DNA of 64,000 nt, taken from Octopus sinensis. Lineage: Eukaryota. Positions 10,136 through 24,174 of this stretch are shown here, in pieces. The notes beneath the pieces were generated by a model that worked only from the letters and a program-made list of their open reading frames with translations, searched no databases and was not told the DNA's origin. The DNA lies in NCBI RefSeq assembly GCF_006345805.1, contig NC_043005.1:103106001-103170000 (forward strand), in the 5' to 3' direction. Made by a program: the position numbers and the translations under genes. Numbering within the stretch: position 1 is the first letter of the stretch; every line of letters begins with the position of its first letter.

Positions 10136-10636
10136 GTAAAGCCGTTACTAATTACATTTGGAATTTCAGATGTCATTTTACCTGCAAAGAAATAATGCAG
10201 CTATTAATAAGAAGGGCTTAAAATTAATGCATGCAAGATTTCACAACTATAGCATCAGTCACTCATAGTCAGCCTATATGCTTTTCAGCTCACACTTTTC
10301 ACACATGCATACATGCATGCATGCATACATACATACATACTACATACATACATACATACATACATACATACACACCTATACATCCATCCATCCGTTCATC
10401 TAAAGATACATTCTCACATACATATATACATACATACACACACACATACATACATACATACATACATACATACATACATTCGTACGTACATACATACATA
10501 TAGATATTTATGTACATAAAAAACACGTTTATACATTATAAACATGCGGGTGTGTGTGTGTGTGTGTGTAAACGTAAAATGTACATGCAGGTTTGATGAT
10601 GCAAACAGGAAAATCAGTATTCAAAATATGGGTATA

Positions 10637-10899
10637 CAGTAATCTCTCGCCATAACACGATATGGCGAGGGATTACTGCGTCACAATCACCTATCGTGGT
10701 TCACCTATCACGATTTATTATTTAAGCTTACATTGATTCCTCCGTGGTATTGTTTTGTATTTATAATAAAATAAATGCATACAAATCATTAAAATAAAGA
10801 AAAAATAATAAAAATATACCGTACTGTATCTACTTCGCGAATTTTCACCAGTCGCGGGAGTTTTGGAATATACCACACGCAGCAGTCGAGGGGTTACTG
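10637..10899. mobile_element. Tigger/pogo-like MITE
   Basis: TA|CAGTAATCTCTCG...CGAGGGGTTACTG|TA termini with a TA target duplication. Confidence 0.75.
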
Positions 10900-11383
10900 T
10901 ATGTATATTCTTCATATATAACTGAAATAACGAAGTGACTCAAGGGTCAAGGACTTCCTGCGCTGGCTCTTATCAAACTCGTATAGATATGTATGTATAT
11001 ACATACAAACATACATGCATACATACACACACGCAGGCATACATATATATATATATGTTCATAGATATTAACCAAGATTTTCGAAAGCTCTTTTTTGTCT
11101 GTACATATATATTCCCCTCCCCTTACTGAAATCTGAACAGTTATCCCCCTTGCCCACAACAATAACAATAATAACGATAACAAATTACCTCCCCTTATTT
11201 TTCAACTTGTGAAGTCATTCACTCGTAAATATTATCACACGCAACATGGACAAAATTTCTCCTTAAGAAAATACATATTCAAATAAGTAAACCATAATAT
11301 CATGAGTAGCGAAAGCGAAACCGGTTGATATATCAAAAATTATATTAATGTAAAGTGTGTGTATTTTCCTTTTTTAATTTCTT

Positions 11384-11423
<40 letters not shown>

Positions 11424-14400
11424 CTCTGTATAATCGTGTATGTATGTATGTAAGTACAATTATATCTGTGTTTTTCATCCTCACCTGAAACATTCTGGCT
11501 TTAGTCGAGCCACAAACGTACTGAAACTGAATTTGTTCTCTTATTGGTTGCTTTTCGTTTACAGCATCTCTACCAAATTCTTTTAATCCCTTTCAAGTAA
11601 TTTATTTTACACCAGTTAACCTCTCAAAATATACTAATATCTATGCTAATGGAATATTTAATCGTAGGTCATTACATAAGTGTGTTGCTCTCATTACTCA
11701 TTAACACTCACCTAATAACCACAGTCATCTAATGTATATTTCTTCAAAGATATTACAGCTGAAACTGTTTTGTCAATTACTGAGTTATCGATATATTATC
11801 CATTTAGGACTCTATAACTCTTGCGGCCTTTGTTTTGCGATGTTAGAGAGTAAATCTTAAGGAAATGTATCCTTATTGCCATTTGCTACTACGCAGAAAG
11901 AAAAAAAAACATCTGGTAAATATTGTATATTATGCAACTATTTTCAAAGTTACCACAAAATTTCAATGATTACCGAACTAACCTGTTTTCCGTAGTTTTT
12001 TGTGCTTTTAATATACATGGGTAAACTTTTTAATTTTTTAAGTGTTGTAGGCATTTCATTTTGCTGTTCACGTTGATGTCCTTCTCAAGATAATGTATCA
12101 AAAACGGCACTATTTTGTAATAGACTATATTTGTCTGCGTTTATCTAATTATATTTATAAGTGAATATCACAAGATACAAGAAATTTAACTGTTCAGTAT
12201 CTTGGCTGACACTGAGTCTCATCCTTCTTTAAATTATCTCTTGTAATCAGCCGTGTTTAAATTTTCTCCTCCATAATCAACATTTTCATTGTCGACCACA
12301 TGAAGTTAACGAGATGATATTAACTAATATCAGACACTGAATTGCAACATTAATTTAGATCGCCATAAATGAAACCATTTAAAAATACGTCTTTGTGTGC
12401 GCGTAATCATTCCAGTACGCATGTGTATGTTTGACTGAAGGAGAATTTGCAATATGTGGCATTATTTTATCGACGAAATTCTTCAACATGGGGACTGTGA
12501 GAGAGGATAAAGAAGACTCCATCGAAATTACTGAATTATTCCCTTCAGTTCACAAAGTATTGGCAGAATACTTTAATTTTCTCCATGAAAAACCCGAAGC
12601 AATGAGATTGAGTAAATATCTCAAAAACGGAATAAAGCAATAAAATTAATTAATATCATGATTTACTTCAGCTCCTATCTTAATTTTCAGTTAAATTGTT
12701 TTGTTCCAAGTAAGTCCGTTTATATTATTCATATCAAAATCAATTATTGCGTAGATTGATTAAACAGATTGATTTCAGAATCCCAGAATTGGTTTCAGAT
12801 GCATGCAAATACATATCAAGATTTTGGAAAAAATATCCTTTATTGTGTTATGTATTCTATATAGAATACCGTTTATTTTGGACAATTATTTTCGTTTTTT
12901 AGTAAACTATATGAGAAAAAAGATTTATCAAGATGGACAAATATATCCATATGTTGACAGGTAAGTAGATGTCGCTCTCACTTTCTGCTTGTCTGTATGT
13001 CTATCCGTGTGTGTCTCTCTCTCCTTCTCCCATTCCTTATCTCTCTCTTTCGTTCTGTCTCCCTTTCTCTCTATATATATGTATATATATATTTATACAT
13101 ATAAAGAGAGAGTGAGAGAGAGCTACTCACATACATATATGTGTGTATGTGGTAAGTGTTTGTCCGTTGTGCATGTGTGTGCGTATATATATGTAAACGT
13201 GTATCTGTGCGCGTTTGTTTATGTTGGTGCATGTCTATATATACACATATGTGTGTGTTTCATACTAAAGCTAGAAAGTAAGTTAAATATTATCCAATTT
13301 TTCCTATGGATTTTGTAGCTGAAATAGTTTTCATTCGCTGGTTTCAGATAAACTTTTCTTGTCAATATCATCACAACAAATGTATTGTCAGTCCCCTTGA
13401 ATGTCACTAAACTTCACCCAAATATTATCTGTGGCTGCATTAACAATATGACAACTCAAGATAGGCTTTTTCATGAAGTAGCACTTGAGACTTACCAATT
13501 CAACAGCATGAAATTAACTAATTCCATTTCATTCAATCTACCCACCGAAATTTTTCTTAGTGATCCGAGCTAAAACAATATCCGTATATAATAAAAGAAA
13601 CAATTCTACATATTTAATATGAAATATATTTGAAAGAAATGATGTAGATTATATCCAGTTTTAAAAAGATTACCACCTACCTCTCCTTGTACGTTTGGAA
13701 ATTGAAAGAGAATGCAGTTGCTACTTGGTTCACATTTAACTGTATACTTATAATACGAAGGATGAAGTCTATGCTTAGCTGAGAAATTTAATGCAGATGT
13801 AAAATTAGAAAATTGCTAAATCAACACACATGAATAACTATATATTATTTAACAAGTAAGCATGCAACAACCTGTATGGTCAGTCCATTGTCTTCTGTTT
13901 ACAATATCTATACGACAGTAATTTATTTCAAAGAGCATCCACATAATACGTAAAATGCACTCTTAAGTAGAAACAGCAACAGACGACATTGCATTGCACT
14001 CAAGGCTTGGTCCATCGAGGATATAATCGGTGCAGGGCTGAATTCTGATAAATAAGAACGATGTTGCATGTGTACAACGGACCTAACAAATTCAGTTATA
14101 TTTGTTATCCCTGAAAGAAATACGAGGCCACAATGTAATACCTCATCAGTTTCAGACGAACAAAGTTGTTTTCTACATGTATTGAGTGCCTTTTCTCTCA
14201 CCATGACACGCACACACACACGTACACATTCTCACACACACACACACACACAGATACTTATGGACACTGAGGCAGATGATCGATTTTCTTTGCAGTGATT
14301 TCTGTGTATTGAGGATGTAACAGAAGTATGTGAATACCGCAAATGTTATAGGTAATTTACTTCTTAGAGTAGAGTGTGAATGAATGTAAATGACACACAA

Positions 14401-14524
14401 TAGCATTCGTATATCATCCTGGACTTATTTCTTAGTTCACTCAACACTTACACAAACTCTCTCCAATATTTGCTTTATATAGTTTTCAAATTTGTGAAAC
14501 GTGGCTTTTCATTATACACATTAC

Positions 14525-14850
14525 ATGGTTCAGTGGTTAGAGCGTCGAGCTTACGATTGTGAGGTTGTAAGTTCGAATCCCGGGCCGGACTGCGTGTTGT
14601 GTTCTTGAGCAAGACACTTTATCTCACGTTGCTCCAGTTCACTCAGCTGTAGAAATGAGTTGCCACGTCACAGGTGCCAAGCTGTAACGGCCTTTGCATT
14701 TCTCTTGGATAATATTAGTGGTGTGGAGAGGGGAGCCTGGTATGCATGGGCAACTGCTGGTCTTCCGTAAACAACCTTGCCCAGACTTGTGCCTGGGAGG
14801 GTAACTTTCTAGGTTCAATCCCACAGTCAGTCATGACCGAAGTGGGTCTC
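14525..14850 (+). mobile_element. CORE-type tRNA-derived SINE with a different 3' tail
   Basis: GGTTCAGTGGTTAGAGC A-box, GTTCGAATCC B-box, CORE-like GTGTTCTTGAGCAAGACACTTTAT..GTTGCTCCAG. Confidence 0.85.
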
Positions 14851-15879
14851 AAGAGCTAACGAAATATTTTATAATGATCTCATCAAACGAGGAAGGACAA
14901 CACCTATGACCTATTTCAGGGCTCTCTTAACAGATGGATAGAAGGGAAGATGCCATTCTCATAGAATGTACCTGAACCAAATGATTGCAATAGTGTGGAC
15001 TTCGCTAAAAAACACAAGAACTAATTATTGATCTTATAACGGGCTTCGATTTAACGCAAGAGCAGAATTGATTATAACGATAACCTTCCACACAATTTCC
15101 TTTTTTCAAATGGCACTCACAAGATTATGACAAACACGAAGTTACGATAGGAAACATTTGCCTAAAATATCACTGAATGGGATTCAACAAGAAGCCATGT
15201 AGTAAAAGTGATTAATTTTAAATATGTAGAAAAAGGCGAAAAAAAAAAAGGCAATGACTCAGACGAAACATTGAATAGAAGTCTACTTAACGATCTTTCA
15301 GTTATAAATCTGTTTACGATATCTGAAGCTAGAATCTCTTCGACTGTTATAATACCTAGAAGAAAGAGACAATAGCCCTTGTCATGCAACACGAGCTTAT
15401 CACGAATGTATTTATTGTTTTGTATCATGTGAATGTAAAGCATCTTATGAGGATAGTAGCAACTGTATTGCCATTCAGGTTTCAGACTTATCGGGAAAGC
15501 GGTAGGTGATCAGTATTTTAACTCTGAATCCGAAAGAATATGAATGGTTCCTAATTTATATGATGTTAGTTCTGTATAGTTGTCTTTGAAATCATATACA
15601 GTTATTTTATTTCAATGCCCTGGAAAACCTTTCATTGAAGTTGCATTTCAATTGCCATGCTACACAAATGTTTCACACTATTGCCTGCTTATAGGGTTTT
15701 TCAGTGCTGCCAGGGTTCACAAGTAGTGTACTTACACGAATGTATCACAATCAAATCAGAGCAAACTGAATCATTGCAATATTAGTGCGTGCGTGTGTCA
15801 TACAGTTGCCATGTCACGCAATTTTATCACAAGTGATATGTTACAGGAGTAACACAGTTTACACCACGGTACATATTGC

Positions 15880-16112
15880 ACGACGGGGAGCTGGCAGAAA
15901 CGTTAGCACGCCGGGCGAAATGCTTAGCAGTATTTCGTCGGTCGCTACGTTCTGAGTTCAAATTCCGCCGAGGTCGACTTTGCATTTCATCCTTTCGGGG
16001 TCGATTAAATAAGTACCAATTACGCTCTGGGGTAGATGTAATCGACTTAATCCGTTTGTCTGTCCTTGTTTGTCCTCTCTGTGTTAAGCCCCTTGTGGCT
16101 AGTAAAGAAATA
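15880..16112 (+). mobile_element. tRNA-derived SINE family 'C' (Meta-like domain)
   Basis: GAGCTGGCAGAAACGTTAGC head, GAGTTCAAATTCC B-box, GGTCGACTTTGCATTTCATCCTTTCGGGGTCGATTAAATAAGTACCA. Confidence 0.85.
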
Positions 16113-17334
16113 GATACATATTGTACGACTATGATGCCGTGATGCAATGCTACTCTGCTGCCGAGATACAGACATGTATCGCATTTAAATAATACATCCC
16201 CATCGATTTACATCCCCTGAATAACAAAATTAACAATATTGCTTGAACAGCAATGAAATATACTGATCTTATAAGTTTCTAGATTATTTTTCAAGATAGA
16301 TTCACACCAGTCCTTTGTGGGTTAACTAAATATTGACCAGTGAAGTACTATATATTGCTTTGGACATACTTTTGAAAGCAATATTTTCAGTCAGTCATAT
16401 AATAACCATTTTATAACTGTATTAATTTATAGCTTTCTATTTTAACCTTTCTATGTTAATATCCTATGTTAATGTTTTTGTTTATACACTTGCCACCTAA
16501 CCCTGTGTCCGGCCGTCCATCTAGCACCTGCGTGTAGTGGATTGGCATAATTCATAAAGTGTCGGAGTAATTACCGGTACATTTTGTAAAGCCACGATCC
16601 TTTCTCTTCTGAATTCATATACAACCGAGATCGATTTTTTATCTTTTCTGGAATCCATTAAACACTATTCAAGTATTGCGATTAATTTTAGGTATTTTTA
16701 TCCTCGTCTAAAATATGTGGCCTTGAGTTAATGTTATGTATTATTCTGTGATCGCTCGACCAGTTGTTCAAAATATCTGCAGCAAAATTTGTTGCTGTAT
16801 TAGCTGTTAACAGTCTTCATCTTGGAAGCAGCCAATTGGAGGATGTTCCGTGGGCGTCTTTCGAATTCCATGGTCAATAACGTGATAGAGTGACACTGAT
16901 AATGGAATGGGGTACGTGACTTTTTCGATACAAATGGGAAACTGGGATCAATATATTAGGACGGCGATGACGACGAAGAGGACGACGATAATGACGACGA
17001 CGACGATGACAAGGAGAGAGGTGACGGCGGCGGCGACGACGACAATGGCGCTGATGACGAAAACGATGAGTGAATGGCATTATGAAATTCAGTAATGTAA
17101 TAACGTTAGGCACTCCTGTCTGCCATTGTCTCACTCTTTCTCCCTTTCCATGCATTTGGGGTGAGTTTGTGTAATGTGTCTGTGCGTTCGTGTGTGTGTG
17201 TGAGAGAGAGAGAGACAGAGACAGAGAGAGTGTGTGAGAGAGAGAGACAGACAGAGACAGAGAGAGAGTGTGTGTGTGTGTGTGTGTGTGTGTGCGTTGT
17301 ATTGTGTTCTTTTGGTTATTTCATAATTGTCAGC

Positions 17335-17356
17335 GATGATGATGACGGTGATGGTG

Positions 17357-17395
<39 letters not shown>

Positions 17396-17490
17396 GTGGT
17401 GGTGATGATGATGATGATGAGGATGATGGTGGGGGGTGATGGTGGTGGTGGTGATGATGGTGGTGGTGGTGATGATGATGATGGTGATGG

Positions 17491-17533
<43 letters not shown>

Positions 17534-17682
17534 AATGATGATGATGATGATGATGATGATAATGGTGGTGGTGGTGGTGGTGGTGATGATGAGGATGAGG
17601 ATGGTGATGATGATGATGAGGATGATGATGGTGGTGGTGATGATGATGATGAGGATGATGATGGTGGTGGTGATGATGATGT
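17335..17682 (+). repeat. (GAT)n/(GGT)n trinucleotide array
   Basis: Direct reading. Confidence 0.97.
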
Positions 17683-18325
17683 TGTATGTATAATTTCTGT
17701 TCTGTTTTTTTTTGTTTTATATCTGAAATATTTTTGTTGTTGCTTTCGTATTGATGATGATCATAGTATTGTTGTTTCATATCTCGAACTTGTGGCAAAT
17801 GAAAAAAAAACAAAAAACAAAAACAAAAACAAACAAAAAAATTCATACCGCTGTTTCGTGCTAACTATGCTACCAAGCATAATATAAACCGTGTGTGGAC
17901 TATGCGTGTTACAGCATACGGTAGAAGCAAAATGATGTGAGGTGAAAGAATTAACTATGTTAGGTTCAATAGCTCTTGCAATGCAGTTTATAGAAAGGCT
18001 GAGCTGCCTACTGTTAGAGTTTTGTTAGCAGCAAAAAATTTTACATTCAAATCAACCTTTTTTTGTTGTTATTGTTATTGTTATTGTTATTGTTGCTATT
18101 TTTAATGGTTGTTTGGTTTGTTTCATTATTTGTTTGTCATTTATTTTAATAACTAAGAGGAACTGTTGAAAGAAGGCGATCATGCGCATCTGATACACAC
18201 ATCTCATACAAACGCTCGTGTATATGCTGAGAGAAAGAAGGGCAGAGGGAGGACCCGGAGAGGCACATATAAATATAATCACACATAACGATATTAACTT
18301 ACGTATATATGTATATATATATATT

Positions 18326-18388
<63 letters not shown>

Positions 18389-18457
18389 GTATATATATGT
18401 AATATATTTATACATATATATACATAGACATACATAGATATACACACATAAACAAGC

Positions 18458-18500
<43 letters not shown>

Positions 18501-19029
18501 TTATACATATATATACATGTATATATATATACATAGACACACATACATAAACACGCACATATATATATATACATTAATAAATATATACGTGTGTGTGTTT
18601 GTGTGCGTGTGTCTCTATGGGGAGACAAACAAAGGGAAAAGCACGTACGCAAACACACATACACATACGGATACAGAAAGGCTTACAGATAAAAAGACAT
18701 AAGGAGATAATCATAACTATACACTAAGCTTCATATTGATAGAGATACATACATATATAGACTTACACACATAGGCTACCACATGTAGAAACACAAATAG
18801 CACACACACACACACGCACACATACACACACGCACGTACGCACGCACACACACGCACATATACACACGTTCACACACAAATACAGAGATACAGCTAGAGA
18901 TAAAATGAGGATAGGGGAAGGGAAAAAAAGGAAAAGCGAAAGAGACTCTGTTGAGATGTTAGATTGGTAACATTAATGGAGGGTTGCGCTCTATTGTGTT
19001 CTTTCGGTTTGGCTATTTCGTAATTGTCA

Positions 19030-19061
19030 GTGATGATGGTGGTGATGATGATGATGATGAC

Positions 19062-19095
<34 letters not shown>

Positions 19096-19158
19096 GTGGT
19101 GGTGATGATGGTGGTGATGATGATGATGATGACGATGACGATGATGATGATGATGATG

Positions 19159-19197
<39 letters not shown>

Positions 19198-19201
19198 GTG
19201 G

Positions 19202-19242
<41 letters not shown>

Positions 19243-19302
19243 GTGGTGATGATGGTGGTGATGATGATGATGATGACGATGACGATGATGATGATGATGA
19301 TG

Positions 19303-19341
<39 letters not shown>

Positions 19342-19345
19342 GTGG

Positions 19346-19383
<38 letters not shown>

Positions 19384-19389
19384 GTGATG

Positions 19390-19434
<45 letters not shown>

Positions 19435-19547
19435 ATGATGGTGAAGAAGAAGATGATGATGATGATGATGATGATGATGTTGATGATAATGATGATGATG
19501 GTGGTGATGATGGTGATGATGATGATGATGATGATGATGACGATGAC

Positions 19548-19578
<31 letters not shown>

Positions 19579-19585
19579 GTGGTGG

Positions 19586-19617
<32 letters not shown>

Positions 19618-19621
19618 GTGG

Positions 19622-19659
<38 letters not shown>

Positions 19660-19700
19660 GTGGTGATGATGGTGGTGATGTTGATGATGATGACGATGAC

Positions 19701-19755
<55 letters not shown>

Positions 19756-19759
19756 GTGG

Positions 19760-19794
<35 letters not shown>

Positions 19795-19853
19795 GTGATG
19801 AGGATGAGGACGATGATGATGATGGTGGTGGTGGTGATGATGGTGAAGAAGAA

Positions 19854-19887
<34 letters not shown>

Positions 19888-19950
19888 TTGATGATAATGA
19901 TGATGATGGTGGTGATGATGTTGATGATGATGATGATGATGATGCCGATG
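19030..19950 (+). repeat. ~920-bp (GAT)n array with higher-order internal duplications
   Basis: The variant block GAAGAAGAAGAT...GTTGATGATAAT recurs at ~19443 and ~19846. The 5' flank is homologous to that of the 17335 array. Confidence 0.95.
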
Positions 19951-20744
19951 ATTATGCACCCTGGATATGCGTATTATTACTCAATATCTATAATTGCATT
20001 ATAGCAAAACGGTTGTAGCGATGGTAATGTTGAAGATGAAGCCAACTCTAATGGCTTCTATGATGTCTACAGTGGCAAGGACGACGACCATGCTGATGAT
20101 TATCATGATGTCGTCGAAGAGAGCAGCGACGACTACATCAACTATGATGGGTATGCTTGTGGCCATGTTCAACGCCTTGGTCACGATTTATATATTTATA
20201 CTTTCATTTTTTCAATAAGCTGATATGTCTGTAAGCCTAACTGTTCATATCAACCTTTCTGTTGCGTTCACCAACACTTTCCTCCTTTAATATGCATTTC
20301 TGTAATATATATTTGCGTGAATGAGTATATGCCCGCGTTTGTATGTATCTGCGTACAATGTGACACAGACTACAGGTTGTGTTCATAGGTAACATAGCTT
20401 TTCATCTGACTGCCATCGTTTCTATAGGTAGCTTCTGCGATTTTAAGTTCCGATCCTGAAGTACAATTACATATTTGATTACATTACCCAATGTTTTCTT
20501 TAGATTTTCAGACGATAGGGAGTGATGAAGGGAGATTTTTTCGCTATTTCTAGACTAGATGTGATTCGTTTATTTACATTTAGTAAGTAAAATAAAGATT
20601 TTGTAATACTTTTTGCTTAATGTGCAAGATCATTGTGAATATTCCACAGCTAAGAGTAACAACTGGAAACAAAATTCAGTTGATTCCTTTCTTTATCTTT
20701 AAAATGGTTTGGTCAGGCACTAGCGAGATTGGTGCAGTTAGAAC

Positions 20745-20990
20745 CCCTCTTGAATAGATATAAGTCGGTGGCAAGAAATATAACATGAACTAGGTAGATT
20801 CCAGATATTCAAAATTCGGGAAGAAAGAATAAGGTGACAAATTATTAGGGTGTTGGGCACAATATACTTTAAAATGGTGAAGGTTGAGCGTGGAGATGGG
20901 AGTAGTTGATACATCATCAGGCTCCAGCGACGTCGGTGTAGTTGTAGTAGAATAGACAGAATGGGGAGACAGAGAGAACTTTTATGGACA
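20745..20990 (-). mobile_element. Decayed CR1/L2-group LINE 3' fragment
   Basis: LHRRR.SL...LPSPRST...SSRILNIWNLPSS resembles the L.HRR..ASL...R.WN.LP C-terminal motif of CR1/L2 ORF2. Confidence 0.5.
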
Positions 20991-22094
20991 ACGGTCTCCT
21001 TATTTCTCCAAATCATATTCTATATATATATACGTCTGTGTGTGTGTGTGCGTGTGTGCGCGTGTGCATGCTTCGTATAATTGACTAATCGCTTGAAGGT
21101 CGTTGCCCAGCATAACTGCAATATAAATTGTGGACGCATTAAATGATCTTATATATTTTTTATCTGAAACTGAAGATTCTTTCAATTGCTATTCTGAGTT
21201 TTACTTCATGATATATATTTTCTGAATGCAATGCAGGCAAGCTGCAGTAAATAAATAATCTCCACCATTTCTTTTTTATATACTGCTTTTTCATATTTCT
21301 AAATTCGAACACATACGTATGTGATATGCATGCAACTCTTACTACAAACGTATCTAGGCGCATACGTATGTATTTGTGTCAGAAATGCCAGGACAAAATG
21401 TTTCATTTCAAGGAAATGCTCCTTCCGATAACGACAGAGATAAATTTACATACATACTTTAAAGAAACGAAAGAAAGGTATATCAAACTTTATACGAAAT
21501 AGCTGTTGCCACACACTCGACATTTGTGACATATATTCATCAGAAGTTTAACAGTGAATCGGCTTTTGAAAAGATAAGGCCATCCAACTAGCCTTATCTC
21601 CACAAACTGGATACCACAACGAAATATGGGATTTACCAGTAATTGAAAAAGCAATTAATTATTGATAATATCGGAGCAAGTTCTATTTAAAACGTTATTT
21701 TGAGCTTGATTTAATTCCTGTTTTCTTTTACGTTTTACATTTCTATTAGCATGAAGATGAAACAAAATGTATAAATGCACATATTTGACATTCGTTCAAT
21801 TTTATATTATTAATGGAATCGTGTTAAACCGGTTGGTGATACAGAGAGTGTGAAGAATTGTGAAGGACAGGTGTGGGGAACCGTTTAGCTACTGAGTCAG
21901 GTAAACATCTTTGCATTGCATTTATGTGCTGTAATATATTATACATTATAAAGGTTTACAAATACTGCATATATACGTATACACTCGCGTGCATGCGCCC
22001 ACACACACAAATACACACTCAGACAATAATTCAAATAAACTGATAAAGTTCAAATGCACAAAATATATATACTTCTATTCATGTAAAGGGAATC

Positions 22095-22261
22095 AGGTGT
22101 GGCTGTGTGGTAAGTAGCTTGCTTACCAACCACATGGTTCCGGGTTCAGTTCCACTGCGTGGCATCTTGCGCAAGTGTCTTCTGCTATAGCTTCGGGCCG
22201 ACCAAAGCCTTGTGAGTGGATTTGGTAGACGGAAACTGAAAGAAGCCTGTCGTATATATGT

Positions 22262-22332
<71 letters not shown>

Positions 22333-22459
22333 TTGTGTGTCTGTGTTTGTCCCCCTAGCATTGCTTGACAACCGATGCTGGTGTGTTTTTACGACCCCGT
22401 CACTTAACGGTTCAGCAAAAGAGACCGATAGACTGAAACAAGTAAAAGAGAAAAAGAGA
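22095..22459 (+). mobile_element. SINE family 'B' with internal (TA)n(TG)n and a deletion in the tail
   Basis: GTGGCTGTGTGGTAAGTAGC head, GGTTCAGTTCC B-box, tail ending GAAACAAGTAAAAGAG. Confidence 0.9.
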
Positions 22460-22460
22460 A

Positions 22461-22536
<76 letters not shown>

Positions 22537-22705
22537 GTGTGTGTGTGTGTTAAATCGAACTGCAACTATAACATATAACATATTTTTAGTTTCATTTCTA
22601 CTTTCATTCGCCTATTTGCCTCTACACTCCTTATTTCCTTCCTTTTCCAAAATAATCCCTCATATTGAACTCTAATATTTCCCTCTATTTAGCCATCTCA
22701 CATCA

Positions 22706-22743
22706 TCTCTGATGAAGGGATAACCCAGAGACAACTATAAGAG
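22706..22743 (+). ncRNA. Decayed minimal hammerhead
   Basis: UCU-CUGAUGA-A-GGG-AUAA-CCC-A-GAGAC-AACU-AUA-AGA: GAAA has mutated to GAGA and stem III is damaged. Confidence 0.4.
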
Positions 22744-22909
22744 TAACTTTCTCTTTAAAAATGTCTTGAAAATTCCACACAGCTTTGGCTTTGTTATCTC
22801 ATTTTATTTAACACATACATGCTCATACAAGACCTGCATTAGACTCATCACTCGTATCATTATCGAACTAAGACAGCACTTACATAGCGGTACCTGCCAC
22901 TTTGGGTCC

Positions 22910-22946
<37 letters not shown>

Positions 22947-22950
22947 CCTC

Positions 22951-23132
22951 GATTCCGTCGGTCACGAATGACATTAGGTGCACCTAACAGGCTCCCCTCC
23001 GGCGTACAAATCTGGGCGCAAAGTCGCCTCACCAGCGAACGCAAAAAAGTGTCTTGCTCAACATCCCAACACGGAATCCAGTCCCAGAATCGAACTCACA
23101 ACCTCGCTATCACGACGCTCCAACCACTGATC
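22951..23132 (-). mobile_element. Decayed CORE-type SINE
   Basis: Reverse complement reads CAGTGGTTGGAGCG...GAGTTCGATTC...GTTGAGCAAGACACTTT. Confidence 0.7.
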
Positions 23133-23268
23133 CGAACACCTTCACACACACACACCTACACACATAAACGCGCACACACGCACACACACACAAGCACACA
23201 CATACGTACACATATATATGAATATATGTATATATATATATACATACACATATAAGTAAATGTTTGTA

Positions 23269-23374
<106 letters not shown>

Positions 23375-23681
23375 TAGATAGATATATATATATATATATT
23401 ATATATATATAGAGAGAGAGACAGAGAGAGATCAGACTTATTCATACATACACTCAAAGATCTAGAGGGGGAGGCATGCGTGTGTTTGTGCGTATGTATT
23501 CATGCATATATATACTAATACTAACCTATAATGTAAATTGGACATGGGTGATCGTTGTATTCTTTCTTGTCTTGAGGTTCACAGACAAACGGCTGGGTGG
23601 ATTCGTGTGAAAAATGGCACACATGTGGGGACAGATGCTTAAATTGGAATGCGGTTTGTATTTCATTATTAGCCCCCATCG

Positions 23682-24113
23682 TTACCGAGCAAATCGATTA
23701 AAACTGTTCTAATGGAATTCTCCTGTTGTTCCGCAATTAAAACAACCAGTTGCTCACACAACGGCATGTACCATTTCGCTAGCAACAAAGGAAGTACAAG
23801 ATGACAGCTAGCCAAAACTTTCGCTATGTTGTCTCCCTTCTTTCACCTCTTTGTGGGGTTAATAATCTTCATCTTTACTTACACTTTCTCATTCAAACTA
23901 CATAATAGGCAGAATTGTCGGATTAAGACAATGGAGTGTTTTGAGGGAGATTTTGCTGCTTTTTCTACCAGGCCTAGCTACCATATAAAATTCTGAACTT
24001 AATTTTCATTCGCATATTTGCATTTCAAAAATTTAACATAATCATTTCCATAAACCAACTATCGTCTATCTCTCTTTCTCACCCTCTTTCTCTCTCACAT
24101 GCACACGCACAAG

Positions 24114-24174
<61 letters not shown>

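Noticed and set aside
16480-16900. Possible LINE or transposase fragment
   Set aside because: All frames are broken by stops and no diagnostic motif was recognised.
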